In this document: positions 52,001 through 59,712 of the stretch, piece after piece | Layout: the number at the start of each line of letters is the position of its first letter | Numbering within the stretch: position 1 is the first letter of the stretch | From: Bacilli bacterium | GTDB lineage: Bacteria; Bacillota_I; Bacilli_A; RF39; UBA660 | Direction: 5' to 3' | DNA length: 64,000 bases | Assembly (NCBI GenBank): GCA_017484065.1 | Contig: JAFUTX010000031.1 | Span: 34,581-98,580 of the forward strand | Position numbers and translations under genes: made by a program | Notes under the pieces: model-generated | Database searches by the model: none | Told to the model about the DNA's origin: nothing | Seen by the model: the letters and a program-made list of their open reading frames with translations, nothing else

Positions 52001-53642
52001 GGCAGAAAATATTAATATTAGACCTTTATGGATTGATAGAATACCTGATGTAATCTTTATTGATCAGTTAAAAGAAAAATACAATTATAAACCTGAGAGA
52101 TTAAAACTTAATCCTATAATTGGTGAATATGATGATCCACATAATCAAAGACAAGATATTCTTACATTACCAATAGAAGGTAATAGTGTTATTTATGGTA
52201 TTACTGGTAGTGGTAAAGATTTACTTATTAATTCAATTATATATTCTTGTGTAACTAATCATTCAGTAGATGAAATTAATTTCTACTTACTAGATTTTGG
52301 CTCTGAAACACTTAGAATGTTTAAAAATATTCCACATGTTGGAGATGTATTATTCTCAAATGATGCTGATAAAATAGACAATCTATTTAAAATGTTAAAA
52401 GAAGAATGTGAAATAAGAAAGAATCTATTTGCTGATTATAATGGTAGTTATGAATATTATTGTAATAATAGTGGTAATGTGATTCCAAAAATTGTTGTAA
52501 TCTTCAATGCCTTTGAAGCATTTACAGAATTATTCCCAGATTATAATGATATCTTAGTTACATTAACTAGAGAAGCTACTAGATATGGAATATATTTCAT
52601 AATAAGTACAAGTGGTACTAATTCAATTCGTTATAAATTAGCTGCCAACTTCACACAAAGTATTGCTTTACAATTAAATGATAAGAGTGATTATACATCA
52701 GTTCTAGGAAATACTGGCGGAGTTCTTCCAAGTAAAATATATGGTCGTGGAGTAATTAATCTAAATGGTGGTTACTATGAGTTCCAAACTGCATACATGT
52801 ATGAAAGAGATAAAACTTTAGAATTTGTTAATGCTTTATCTAAAAAACTTAACGAAGTTTATAAACATCGTGCTAAAAAGATCCCAGTATTACCTGAGGT
52901 AGTAACTATTGAAGAAATAGAAAGTGAAATAAATACACTAGATAATGTACCAATTGGTATACGTAAAGATGACTTAGTAATAGAAACATTTGACTTTGAT
53001 AGTAAATTTGTTACTAATATTGCAAGTCAAGATATTGAAGCTTTTACACCATTTGTACCATCATTAATTAATTTATTATGTACTAAATATAAGAATAAAA
53101 TATCTATATTAGATGCTGCTGGTATATTTAAGAAGAATAAATTCACTTGTGATTATGTATCAAGTGGCTTTAATAAATACTTTGATAGTTTAGAAGCTAC
53201 TATAAATGAGTTAGACAAAGAGGCTAGTAGCAAAGGATATAGTGATGATTATTTAAATACATTTGAAAAAAGATTTATCATAATTACGGGAATTCAAGAT
53301 TGGTCAGTTAATATGGGTGGTACTGAATTTGGTAAACGTTATGAAGAATTCTTAAATAAATGTAATAAATTAAAAGTAGTTAAAATTATTTATGTAGATA
53401 TGATTGATAAATTAAAGAAACTAGATTTTGAATCATGGTATAAAAACTTTAATGAAGCTAATCGTGCTATTTGGGTTGGTAGTGGACTAGGTGGACAATT
53501 TACTATTAAGTTAAATAAAAATCCAAGATATTTAAATGATCAAATTGATAATAATTATGGTTATACTATTAACAATGGTAATGTATCTACATTAGTTAAA
53601 TTACTTGATGACCAGCCTAAAAGTGGTATGGACACATTATAG
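49014..53642 (+). CDS. essC: type VII secretion system FtsK/SpoIIIE-family ATPase EssC
   Basis: N-terminal FHA-like region, two TM helices, three FtsK-like ATPase domains (D1 Walker A GTTGSGKSEF); ATG at 49014 with GGGGTGA RBS. Confidence 0.9.
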   Translation: MKVLIIKNNQIINYDLPSKIFGNYWIKDTDLNGNERNLINVEEYNGKWKIKSNNDCKIIYNNTYQEAVYLAEYSYCELEVKGEVEHFILYCCPVYEKSYNIYAIKGTRVLLVGNDSSNHIIYKSNDIARQQIKLTSNNVFWNLQNIQENRKVYVNNLAVTNKNLVYGDIIFLMGLKIIVLNNYILINNPNNLVEVNTQNLELINLTEVEDNPEEDDDTLEVYSKNDYYYRSPRFKSNIAKEDLTIDPPPGAQNNNQLPFWLAMGSMMVMGMRSVFGLMDVINSVSTGKTTWGDAMPSLLTNGSMIFGSLMIPVMTRMYQKKAAKKYERKRQKKYSDYLAMQRNVISNIMKKQKDILLNNYPSVEECYNIIVNRKRNLWERKIDNEDFLTLRVGLGNTKVELDLKYQEKHFSMDEDNLLNDMYRMTDELQELKDVPVTISLTEKFVSAILGNSNVISNYLETLIIQMITYHSYEDLKIVVLTDEKNAYKYEYLKVLPHCWSNDKSIRFFGTNNDDINKISMYLMNEFKERKYQDEEEQNSSKEDDYKSYSPYYMIITDNFANARKVEIIRNTLEQTINYGFSLLILANRLNELPNECTSFLNIDTNISGMIENDLSLESQKPFKADFNSKVNIYECATRLANIPIELSNGSYDLPNMISFLEMYNVGNVDQLNSMERWKNNNPVASLQVPVGVNESGDLFKLDLHEKAHGPHGLIAGTTGSGKSEFIITYILSLAVNYHPYEVSFVLIDYKGGGLAGAFENKDTGVKLPHLAGTITNLDITEINRSLASIESELKRRQRIFNEARDKLEESTIDIYKYQRYYREGLVTEPVSHLFIISDEFAELKAQQPEFMAQLIQTARIGRSLGVHLILATQKPSGVVDDQIWSNSKFRVCLKVQDKSDSNDMIKCPDAAKLSNPGRFYLQVGYNELFALGQSAWCGAPYYATDMRKKTIDANLNFLDTVGEVVKSVDRQKGVNAVKADGEELPHIVKYLTKIAKAENINIRPLWIDRIPDVIFIDQLKEKYNYKPERLKLNPIIGEYDDPHNQRQDILTLPIEGNSVIYGITGSGKDLLINSIIYSCVTNHSVDEINFYLLDFGSETLRMFKNIPHVGDVLFSNDADKIDNLFKMLKEECEIRKNLFADYNGSYEYYCNNSGNVIPKIVVIFNAFEAFTELFPDYNDILVTLTREATRYGIYFIISTSGTNSIRYKLAANFTQSIALQLNDKSDYTSVLGNTGGVLPSKIYGRGVINLNGGYYEFQTAYMYERDKTLEFVNALSKKLNEVYKHRAKKIPVLPEVVTIEEIESEINTLDNVPIGIRKDDLVIETFDFDSKFVTNIASQDIEAFTPFVPSLINLLCTKYKNKISILDAAGIFKKNKFTCDYVSSGFNKYFDSLEATINELDKEASSKGYSDDYLNTFEKRFIIITGIQDWSVNMGGTEFGKRYEEFLNKCNKLKVVKIIYVDMIDKLKKLDFESWYKNFNEANRAIWVGSGLGGQFTIKLNKNPRYLNDQIDNNYGYTINNGNVSTLVKLLDDQPKSGMDTL

Positions 53643-53656
53643 TTAGTGAGGCGTTT

Positions 53657-53908
53657 ATGAATAAAGTACTAGTAGAATTATATGTTCCTAAAATAGAAAA
53701 AAAATATGAAATATTCTTACCAGTTTCTAAACAAGTAAGAACCGTAATTAGATTATTAGTTAAGTCTATAAACGAACTTACTAATCAAGAATTTCCTTTA
53801 GATTATAAAGCAATTCTATGTGATAAATTTACTGGAAATATATTTGATTTAAATAAAACTATTAAAGAATTAGGAATAATGAATGGAGCTAAATTAATAT
53901 TAATTTAG
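53657..53908 (+). CDS. esaB: EsaB/YukD ubiquitin-like T7SS protein
   Basis: 83 aa, YukD-like pattern ending GAKLILI, immediately downstream of essC. Confidence 0.75.
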   Translation: MNKVLVELYVPKIEKKYEIFLPVSKQVRTVIRLLVKSINELTNQEFPLDYKAILCDKFTGNIFDLNKTIKELGIMNGAKLILI

Positions 53909-53967
53909 TTCTTTTTTTATTGTTTTTGTAAGTTTTAAAGTTATAATTTGTACTGTTAGTTAAAAAA

Positions 53968-53996
53968 TTGACAAAATATAAATATTATGATAATAT
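53968..53996 (+). promoter_or_regulatory. TTGACA-17-TAATAT promoter for the candidate antisense RNA, copy 1
   Basis: identical element at 54362-54390 in copy 2. Confidence 0.4.
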
Positions 53997-54002
53997 GTAT
54001 TT

Positions 54003-54101
54003 ATCAAAGAAATTTGAATAAAATAAAAAGAGGAACATTCAATTTCGTACGTTGAATGTCTACCTCAATATATTGAGTTAGACATTTCAGTTCATATTTT
54101 T
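54003..54101 (+). ncRNA. candidate cis-antisense antitoxin sRNA, copy 1, convergent with the toxin gene
   Basis: hairpins ACATTCAA..TTGAATGT and AATGTCTA-cCTCAATATATTGAGt-TAGACATT followed by a T-run; co-varying stems in copy 2. Confidence 0.3.
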
Positions 54102-54118
54102 AAATATGTTCTGAAGTG

Positions 54119-54232
54119 TCATTTTTTTATACTAATAATTATTAGTAATATTACAAAACCTAAGAAGGCTAAATGTAACACAAGGACAGAAAACTTAGAG
54201 ATAAGCTTTAAAATGAAAGATTTTGTTTTCAT
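54119..54232 (-). CDS. 37-aa hydrophobic type I toxin-like peptide (MKTKSFILKLISKFSVLVLHLAFLGFVILLIIISIKK)
   Basis: hand-translated from the minus strand; SD GGAAGGA lies inside hairpin ATCCTT-aatgg-AAGGAT; single TM then a KK tail; paralog in copy 2. Confidence 0.55.
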   Translation of the reverse strand: MKTKSFILKLISKFSVLVLHLAFLGFVILLIIISIKK

Positions 54233-54296
54233 TCAATAAACATCCTTCCATTAAGGATAAGAGGTAGACACCAACAACTGAATGATCCATATTGAC

Positions 54297-54325
54297 ATTA
54301 TATCAACTTCTATGATATTTATCAA
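54297..54325 (-). promoter_or_regulatory. minus-strand TTGATA-17-TATAAT promoter for the toxin mRNA, copy 1
   Basis: reverse complement of 54297-54325; conserved as 54679-54707 in copy 2. Confidence 0.45.
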
Positions 54326-54361
54326 TAACAAATATTACAAAATGTAATACTTGTTGGAAAA

Positions 54362-54390
54362 TTGACAAAATATAAATATTATGATAATAT
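54362..54390 (+). promoter_or_regulatory. TTGACA-17-TAATAT promoter for the candidate antisense RNA, copy 2
   Basis: identical to the copy 1 element. Confidence 0.4.
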
Positions 54391-54503
54391 GTATTTATCA
54401 AAGAAATTTGAATAAAATTAAAAAAGGAAGTATTCAGTATTCGTGTGCTGAATGCCTACCCTAATTAATGGTGCGACATTTAAGTCAAATACTTAAGTGC
54501 CTT

Positions 54504-54611
54504 TTATTTTGCTAAAAATATTAGCAGTATTACTAAGCCTAATAAGGCTAAATGTAATATTAGAGAGGAAACTAGCGAAATAAGTTTTAAAATAAAATTT
54601 GTTAGTTTCAT
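54504..54611 (-). CDS. 35-aa hydrophobic type I toxin-like peptide (MKLTNFILKLISLVSSLILHLALLGLVILLIFLAK)
   Basis: hand-translated; SD GAAAGGAAGGG lies inside perfect hairpin CCTTTCAT-tctag-ATGAAAGG; conservative substitutions relative to copy 1. Confidence 0.55.
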   Translation of the reverse strand: MKLTNFILKLISLVSSLILHLALLGLVILLIFLAK

Positions 54612-54678
54612 CTTAAACCCTTCCTTTCATCTAGAATGAAAGGGTAGACACTCAGCTACTAAATAATTCCATGTTGAC

Positions 54679-54707
54679 ATTATATCAATTTTTATGATGT
54701 TTATCAA
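54679..54707 (-). promoter_or_regulatory. minus-strand TTGATA-17-TATAAT promoter for the toxin mRNA, copy 2
   Basis: reverse complement gives TTGATA aacatcataaaaattga TATAAT. Confidence 0.45.
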
Positions 54708-54799
54708 CAGTAAATGTTGCAAAATGTAATACTTTTTAACCTTTACTTTTAGTATTTTAAGTGATAAAATACACTTAATTGATGAAGAAATTATCTAAG

Positions 54800-55010
54800 T
54801 AGTTATATTAAAAACTTAAAAGAGAATAGTAATCATGGCTGGAAGTTACTAAAGTAAATTTAATATAATGAATTTCAATAATGGAGTCAAATCGTTATAG
54901 AGCGTTAATCTAATAGAGTGCTAATTAATTTTAGAACAAAGGTGGTACCGCGGATTTAACAGTAATTCGTCCTTTATAAGGATAATTACTGTTTTTATAT
55001 TGGAAAGGAT
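54800..55010 (+). ncRNA. T-box riboswitch leader of pheS-pheT
   Basis: AGAGA stem I start, T-box sequence AAAGGTGGTACCGCGG at 54938-54953, terminator AACAGTAATT..AATTACTGTT plus TTTTAT at 54959-55000. Confidence 0.8.
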
Positions 55011-55018
55011 AGATAATA

Positions 55019-56071
55019 ATGAATGATAAGATTAAAACTTTAAAAGAAGAAATAGCTAAAAATATTCAAGAAGTAAAAGATGAAGTTAATCTAAATGTAC
55101 TTAAAGCTAAGTATTTAAGTAAAAAAGGTGAAATAGGAGAATTATCTAGTTATTTAAAAGAATTACCTTATGAAGAAAAGAAATCATTTGGAATGATGCT
55201 AAATGAATTAAAACAAGAAGTAACTAATCTATTTGAAGAAAAGAAAAAGAATATTGAAGAAGCTATTCTTAATAAAAAGTTAGCTAGTGAAAATATAGAT
55301 ATTACTTTACCTGCTACAAAAATTGAATTAGGAAAACCTAATATATTAGAAAAGCTAATTGAAGAAATAGAATCTGTTTTAATGAGCATGGGGTATGATG
55401 TAGTGGATGGACCGGAAATAGAAGAAGATAAGTTTAATTTTGAAATGCTTAATATACCTAAAGGTCATCCAGCTCGTGATGCTCAAGATACATTCTATGT
55501 AAAAGATGAAGAATACTTACTTCGTAGTCAAACATCTCCTGTTCAAGTTAGAACAATGTTACAAGCTAATGGCGATAAACCAATTAGAATGATTTGCCCA
55601 GGTAAAACTTATCGTAGAGATGATGATGATGCTACTCATTCACATCAATTTATGCAAATTGAAGGATTAGTTGTTGATAAAGATATAAGTTTATCTGATT
55701 TAAAAGGAACTATAGATATTGTTGTTAAAAAATTATTTGGTGAATCTATAGAAACTAGATTTAGACCAAGTTATTATCAATTTACTGAACCATCCGTTGA
55801 AGTTGATATCAGTTGTTTTAATTGTAAAGGTAAAGGCTGTAACATTTGTAAACAAACAGGTTGGATTACTGTAGCAGGAGCAGGTATTGTCCATCCTAAT
55901 GTATTAAGAAATGGTGGATATGATCCAAATGTTTGGAGTGGTTTTGCATTTGGTTTTGGAGCAGAGCGACTTGCAATGCTTAAATATGATATTAAAGATT
56001 GTCGTACTTTTTATAATAATGATTTAAGAGAGAATAAAATATTTGATAGAGAGGAGCCAACTAATGATTAG
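55019..56071 (+). CDS. pheS: phenylalanine--tRNA ligase alpha subunit
   Basis: class II motifs; 350 aa. Confidence 0.95.
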   Translation: MNDKIKTLKEEIAKNIQEVKDEVNLNVLKAKYLSKKGEIGELSSYLKELPYEEKKSFGMMLNELKQEVTNLFEEKKKNIEEAILNKKLASENIDITLPATKIELGKPNILEKLIEEIESVLMSMGYDVVDGPEIEEDKFNFEMLNIPKGHPARDAQDTFYVKDEEYLLRSQTSPVQVRTMLQANGDKPIRMICPGKTYRRDDDDATHSHQFMQIEGLVVDKDISLSDLKGTIDIVVKKLFGESIETRFRPSYYQFTEPSVEVDISCFNCKGKGCNICKQTGWITVAGAGIVHPNVLRNGGYDPNVWSGFAFGFGAERLAMLKYDIKDCRTFYNNDLRENKIFDREEPTND

Positions 56072-58433
56072 TTTAGAATGGGTTAAAGATTATATTGATA
56101 TAGCTGATGAAGATTTAAAAGAGTTAGCTGTTAAAATAACAAAGGCTGGTATTAATATTGAAAAAGTAATATCTAATACAATTGATAACTTGGTTATTGG
56201 TGAAGTAGTTGAATGTGTTAAACATCCTGATAGCGATCATTTACATATTTGCCAAGTAAATATTGGAGATAGTACTACTCAAATAGTTTGTGGTGCACCT
56301 AATGTTAGAACCGGTCTTAAAGTTATAGTAGCTTTACCTGGTGCTAAATTACCAGAATTTGAAATTAAGAAAAGTAAAATTCGTGGAGTAGAGTCTAATG
56401 GTATGTTATGTGCTTTATGTGAAATAGGGTTAGAAGAAAAAACAGAAGAAAACTATAATAAAGGTTTACATGAGTTAGATGCTCAAGCTCCAGTAGGTAA
56501 AGATCCTATTGCTTATATGGGGTTAGCTGATACTTTATATGAATTAGATGTTCATAAACATCGTAATAATGATTGTTATTATCATATAGGTTTTGCTTAT
56601 GAAATAGCATGTATTCTAAATAAAAAGGTAACATTACCTAACGATGACTATAAAGAAATAGATGATGATATTAATAATCATTTCAAGTTGGAAATAGAGA
56701 CTACTAAATGTCCTTATTATTTAGCTAAAATGGTTACTAATATATCTGTAGGAGAATCTCCAGAGTTTATTAAGAAAAGACTTATTAGTGCTGGAATGCG
56801 CCCTATTAATAATGTAGTAGATATATCTAACTATGTAATGCTTGAGTATGGTCAACCTCTACATTTCTTTGATAAAGATAAATTAGGTAATAAAGTTTTA
56901 GTAAGAGATGCATTAGATAATGAAGAAATAACTACATTAGATAGTAAAGTTAGAGTACTTAATAGTAATGATATAGTTATAACTGATGGTGAAAAAGCTG
57001 TATGTATAGCTGGTGTTATGGGCGGAGAAAATACCGAAGTAACTGAAAATACTAAGAATATCTTAATTGAAAGTGCGATATTTGATGCTGTTAGCATACG
57101 TAATACTGCTAGTAAGTTAAACTTAAAAAGTGAAGCTTCTGTTCGTTATGGTAAAGGACTTAACTATGAATATACTTTAAAAGCTATTAATAGAGCTTGT
57201 CATTTATTAGAAAAGTATGCTAACGCTAAGATATTAAAAGGCATGGTTACTTATGATAAAGTAGATAAGAGTGAAAAGAAAGTTGAATTCTATCCAGAAC
57301 AAATTAATAAAATGTTAGGTATTACTATAAGTAGTGAAGATATGGAATATGAGTTACAAAGATTAGACTTTCCTTATACAATTAAAGATAATAAATTTAT
57401 TGTAACTATTCCAAAAAGAAGATTAGATATTGATCCTTATGTTAATGATATAGCAGAGGAAATAGGTCGTTTATATGGTTATCATAATTTAGTATCAACA
57501 TTACCAGTATCAACTACTAAACAAGGTAAATATGTTGGTGATGTGTATACTAGAAAAATAATATCTAAAAGATTAAGAGCACTTGGTTTAAATGAATGTA
57601 AAACTTATACTTTAACTAGTAGAGACATGGCTAATACTTTTAATTATGATGAAAAGATACAAAAAGAGTTGCCAAATCCAATGAGTATGGATAAGAGTGT
57701 TATAAGAACAACTTTAATACCTTCATTAATCAATGTTTATGAATATAATAAAATGCGTAAAATAGAAGATATATTCATTTATGAAATAGCTAAAACTTAT
57801 GATAATGAATTTAATGAAGAAAGTAAGATAGCAATACTTATGAAAGGTAATTACTTAGCTAGTAGTTGGAATAATGCTATAGTTAAGACTAACTTTTATT
57901 TAATAAAAGGAATAATAGAAAATTTATTAGATTATTTAGGATTTAAAAATCGTTATGATTTTGTTAAGAGTGAGAAGCCTAATATGCATCCAGGTATTTG
58001 TGCTACTATTAGATTGGATAGAAAAGAAATAGGTATAGTAGGTAGAGTTCATCCATCTACGCAAAAAGATGATGTTTATGTAGCAGAATTATCTTTAAAT
58101 GAATTAAGAAAAACTAATAAACAATTAAAATTTAAAGAAATAAGTAAATATCCAAGTATTAATAAAGATATGGCTTTCATTGTTGATGAATCAGTTGAAT
58201 CAAATGAAATAGAAACTATTATCAAGAAAAGTGGAGCAAGACTTCTAACGGATTTAAAAGTATTTGATGTATATGTAGGTCCTAATGTAGGATTAGGTAA
58301 GAAATCGATTGCTTATAGTTTAACATTTAATAGTAGTGAAAGAACTTTAACTGATGATGAAGTTACTGAAGTATTTAATAAAATAATAAATGATGTAACT
58401 AGTAAAACAAATGCTGTATTAAGGGATAAATAA
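56043..58433 (+). CDS. pheT: phenylalanine--tRNA ligase beta subunit
   Basis: 796 aa with tRNA-binding, B3/B4, B5 and FDX-ACB domains. Confidence 0.95.
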   Translation: MIERSQLMISLEWVKDYIDIADEDLKELAVKITKAGINIEKVISNTIDNLVIGEVVECVKHPDSDHLHICQVNIGDSTTQIVCGAPNVRTGLKVIVALPGAKLPEFEIKKSKIRGVESNGMLCALCEIGLEEKTEENYNKGLHELDAQAPVGKDPIAYMGLADTLYELDVHKHRNNDCYYHIGFAYEIACILNKKVTLPNDDYKEIDDDINNHFKLEIETTKCPYYLAKMVTNISVGESPEFIKKRLISAGMRPINNVVDISNYVMLEYGQPLHFFDKDKLGNKVLVRDALDNEEITTLDSKVRVLNSNDIVITDGEKAVCIAGVMGGENTEVTENTKNILIESAIFDAVSIRNTASKLNLKSEASVRYGKGLNYEYTLKAINRACHLLEKYANAKILKGMVTYDKVDKSEKKVEFYPEQINKMLGITISSEDMEYELQRLDFPYTIKDNKFIVTIPKRRLDIDPYVNDIAEEIGRLYGYHNLVSTLPVSTTKQGKYVGDVYTRKIISKRLRALGLNECKTYTLTSRDMANTFNYDEKIQKELPNPMSMDKSVIRTTLIPSLINVYEYNKMRKIEDIFIYEIAKTYDNEFNEESKIAILMKGNYLASSWNNAIVKTNFYLIKGIIENLLDYLGFKNRYDFVKSEKPNMHPGICATIRLDRKEIGIVGRVHPSTQKDDVYVAELSLNELRKTNKQLKFKEISKYPSINKDMAFIVDESVESNEIETIIKKSGARLLTDLKVFDVYVGPNVGLGKKSIAYSLTFNSSERTLTDDEVTEVFNKIINDVTSKTNAVLRDK

Positions 58434-58452
58434 ACAAAAAAGTTATTGAAAT

Positions 58453-58496
58453 ATTTACAGATTAGTGTTAGAATTAATTCTGTAAATATTTTTTAT
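58453..58496 (+). terminator. intrinsic terminator after pheT
   Basis: ATTTACAGA..TCTGTAAAT 9-bp stem plus T-run. Confidence 0.65.
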
Positions 58497-58572
58497 GTCT
58501 CCTTAGCTCAGTTGGTAGAGCAACTGACTCTTAATCAGTGGGTCTAGGGTTCGAATCCCTAAGGGGACACCA
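58497..58572 (+). tRNA. tRNA-Lys (anticodon CTT)
   Basis: GTCTCCT acceptor, TAGCTCAGTTGGTAGAGC D-arm, anticodon loop cTCTTaa, GGTTCGAATCC T-arm, CCA. Confidence 0.85.
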
Positions 58573-58584
58573 GTTAGTATGTTA

Positions 58585-58609
58585 AAGCCTTTAAATAAAG
58601 GCTTTTTTT
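58585..58609 (+). terminator. intrinsic terminator after tRNA-Lys
   Basis: AAAGCCTT-taaata-AAGGCTTT plus T7. Confidence 0.65.
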
Positions 58610-58610
58610 A

Positions 58611-58638
58611 TTGACAAAATGAAGATTTTTTGTATAAT
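58611..58638 (+). promoter_or_regulatory. sigma-A promoter TTGACA-16-TATAAT for the downstream hypothetical genes
   Basis: consensus hexamers. Confidence 0.55.
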
Positions 58639-58666
58639 AATGTAATCAAAAAAGGGGGATTTCATT

Positions 58667-59710
58667 ATGGATTTATCTAATCCTGATTTCAAAGAAGTAT
58701 GTAAAGAAGTTATAGCTGAATTATCAAACAGTTATGGTTTTGTACCATTAGCTGATTTTGAACATGAAATAGGTAAAATATTAACCGAAGGATATCAGTA
58801 TAATCGATTATTATTACATGTATTAAAAAATAATATTAAAGTTATTAAAAACATTCAACATAATAACGATGAATTATCTAAGCAACAAAGAGAATACTCT
58901 AAATTGGTAGTAGAACCAACTATAGAGTTAGAAACATTTGAAAAAGATATTAAATCTTCAAAACTAAATAAAACAAATAATAGTATAGTTGATAAAATAG
59001 TTAGCTTTAGAAATAGTGACGATTTAGGAGAGTATCTTGAAGAAAATAATAGTCTAATTGATGAAAAAACTTTAAAACTAGCTATATTAAAGCTAAAAAT
59101 AGAAATTAATGAATATTACAAATTAAAAAAAGAAGTAACAACAGAAGAGGATTTAGATATTATTAATCTAGATATAGATGAATTAAAAGATAAGATTGAA
59201 GTATTACATTATTTTATTGATATTATAAATGGTAAAACAGATATTAGTGAATCTGATAAACCAATTAATGATATTTTCTTTTTTGAAAGTAGTGCTTTAA
59301 ATCCATTAATATTAAATGATTTAAAAGATATGGATCGTAATTATTTAAAACGTGTTAAAGGCTTAATTGATTCATTAATATATGATAAACCAAAATGTAT
59401 AAAGAAATTTGTTCATAATTCTAATATTAGTAATATTTATGAAGTGCGCGATATTAGTGGTAAAGTTCGTGTAACATTTGTTTATATAACACCAAATAAA
59501 CTCATGCTATTATCAGCATTTAAGAAAAAGAATAATGGAGTAGTAGGTTATGAAATGGCTAATTTATCCGAAATTAATAAAAAGTATTTAGCTAATTTAA
59601 GTACTATTAAAGAAGATATTAATAATGAATCATCTGATTATTATATTCGTAATCAAAAAAACTTATTAGAATTAAATAATATATTAGACGTAGGTAAAAA
59701 GAGGGGTTAA
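58667..59710 (+). CDS. hypothetical protein (347 aa, no signal peptide)
   Basis: long ORF with RBS AAAGGGGGA; no family recognised. Confidence 0.5.
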   Translation: MDLSNPDFKEVCKEVIAELSNSYGFVPLADFEHEIGKILTEGYQYNRLLLHVLKNNIKVIKNIQHNNDELSKQQREYSKLVVEPTIELETFEKDIKSSKLNKTNNSIVDKIVSFRNSDDLGEYLEENNSLIDEKTLKLAILKLKIEINEYYKLKKEVTTEEDLDIINLDIDELKDKIEVLHYFIDIINGKTDISESDKPINDIFFFESSALNPLILNDLKDMDRNYLKRVKGLIDSLIYDKPKCIKKFVHNSNISNIYEVRDISGKVRVTFVYITPNKLMLLSAFKKKNNGVVGYEMANLSEINKKYLANLSTIKEDINNESSDYYIRNQKNLLELNNILDVGKKRG

Positions 59711-59712
59711 TA

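Larger units (their letters stand above)
53960..54750. repeat. two tandem, diverged ~390-bp copies of a type I toxin-antitoxin-like cassette
   Basis: about 60 nt identical at the start of each copy (ATTGACAAAATATAAATATTATGATAATATGTATTTATCAAAGAAATTTGAATAAAAT), then roughly 75 percent identity. Confidence 0.7.

Noticed and set aside
53960-54790. Tandem repeat upstream of pheS as duplicated T-box leaders
   Set aside because: The T-box hallmark AAAGGTGGTACCGCGG and the AGAGA stem I occur only once, at 54800-55010. The duplicated units lack them and instead encode conserved minus-strand micropeptides.
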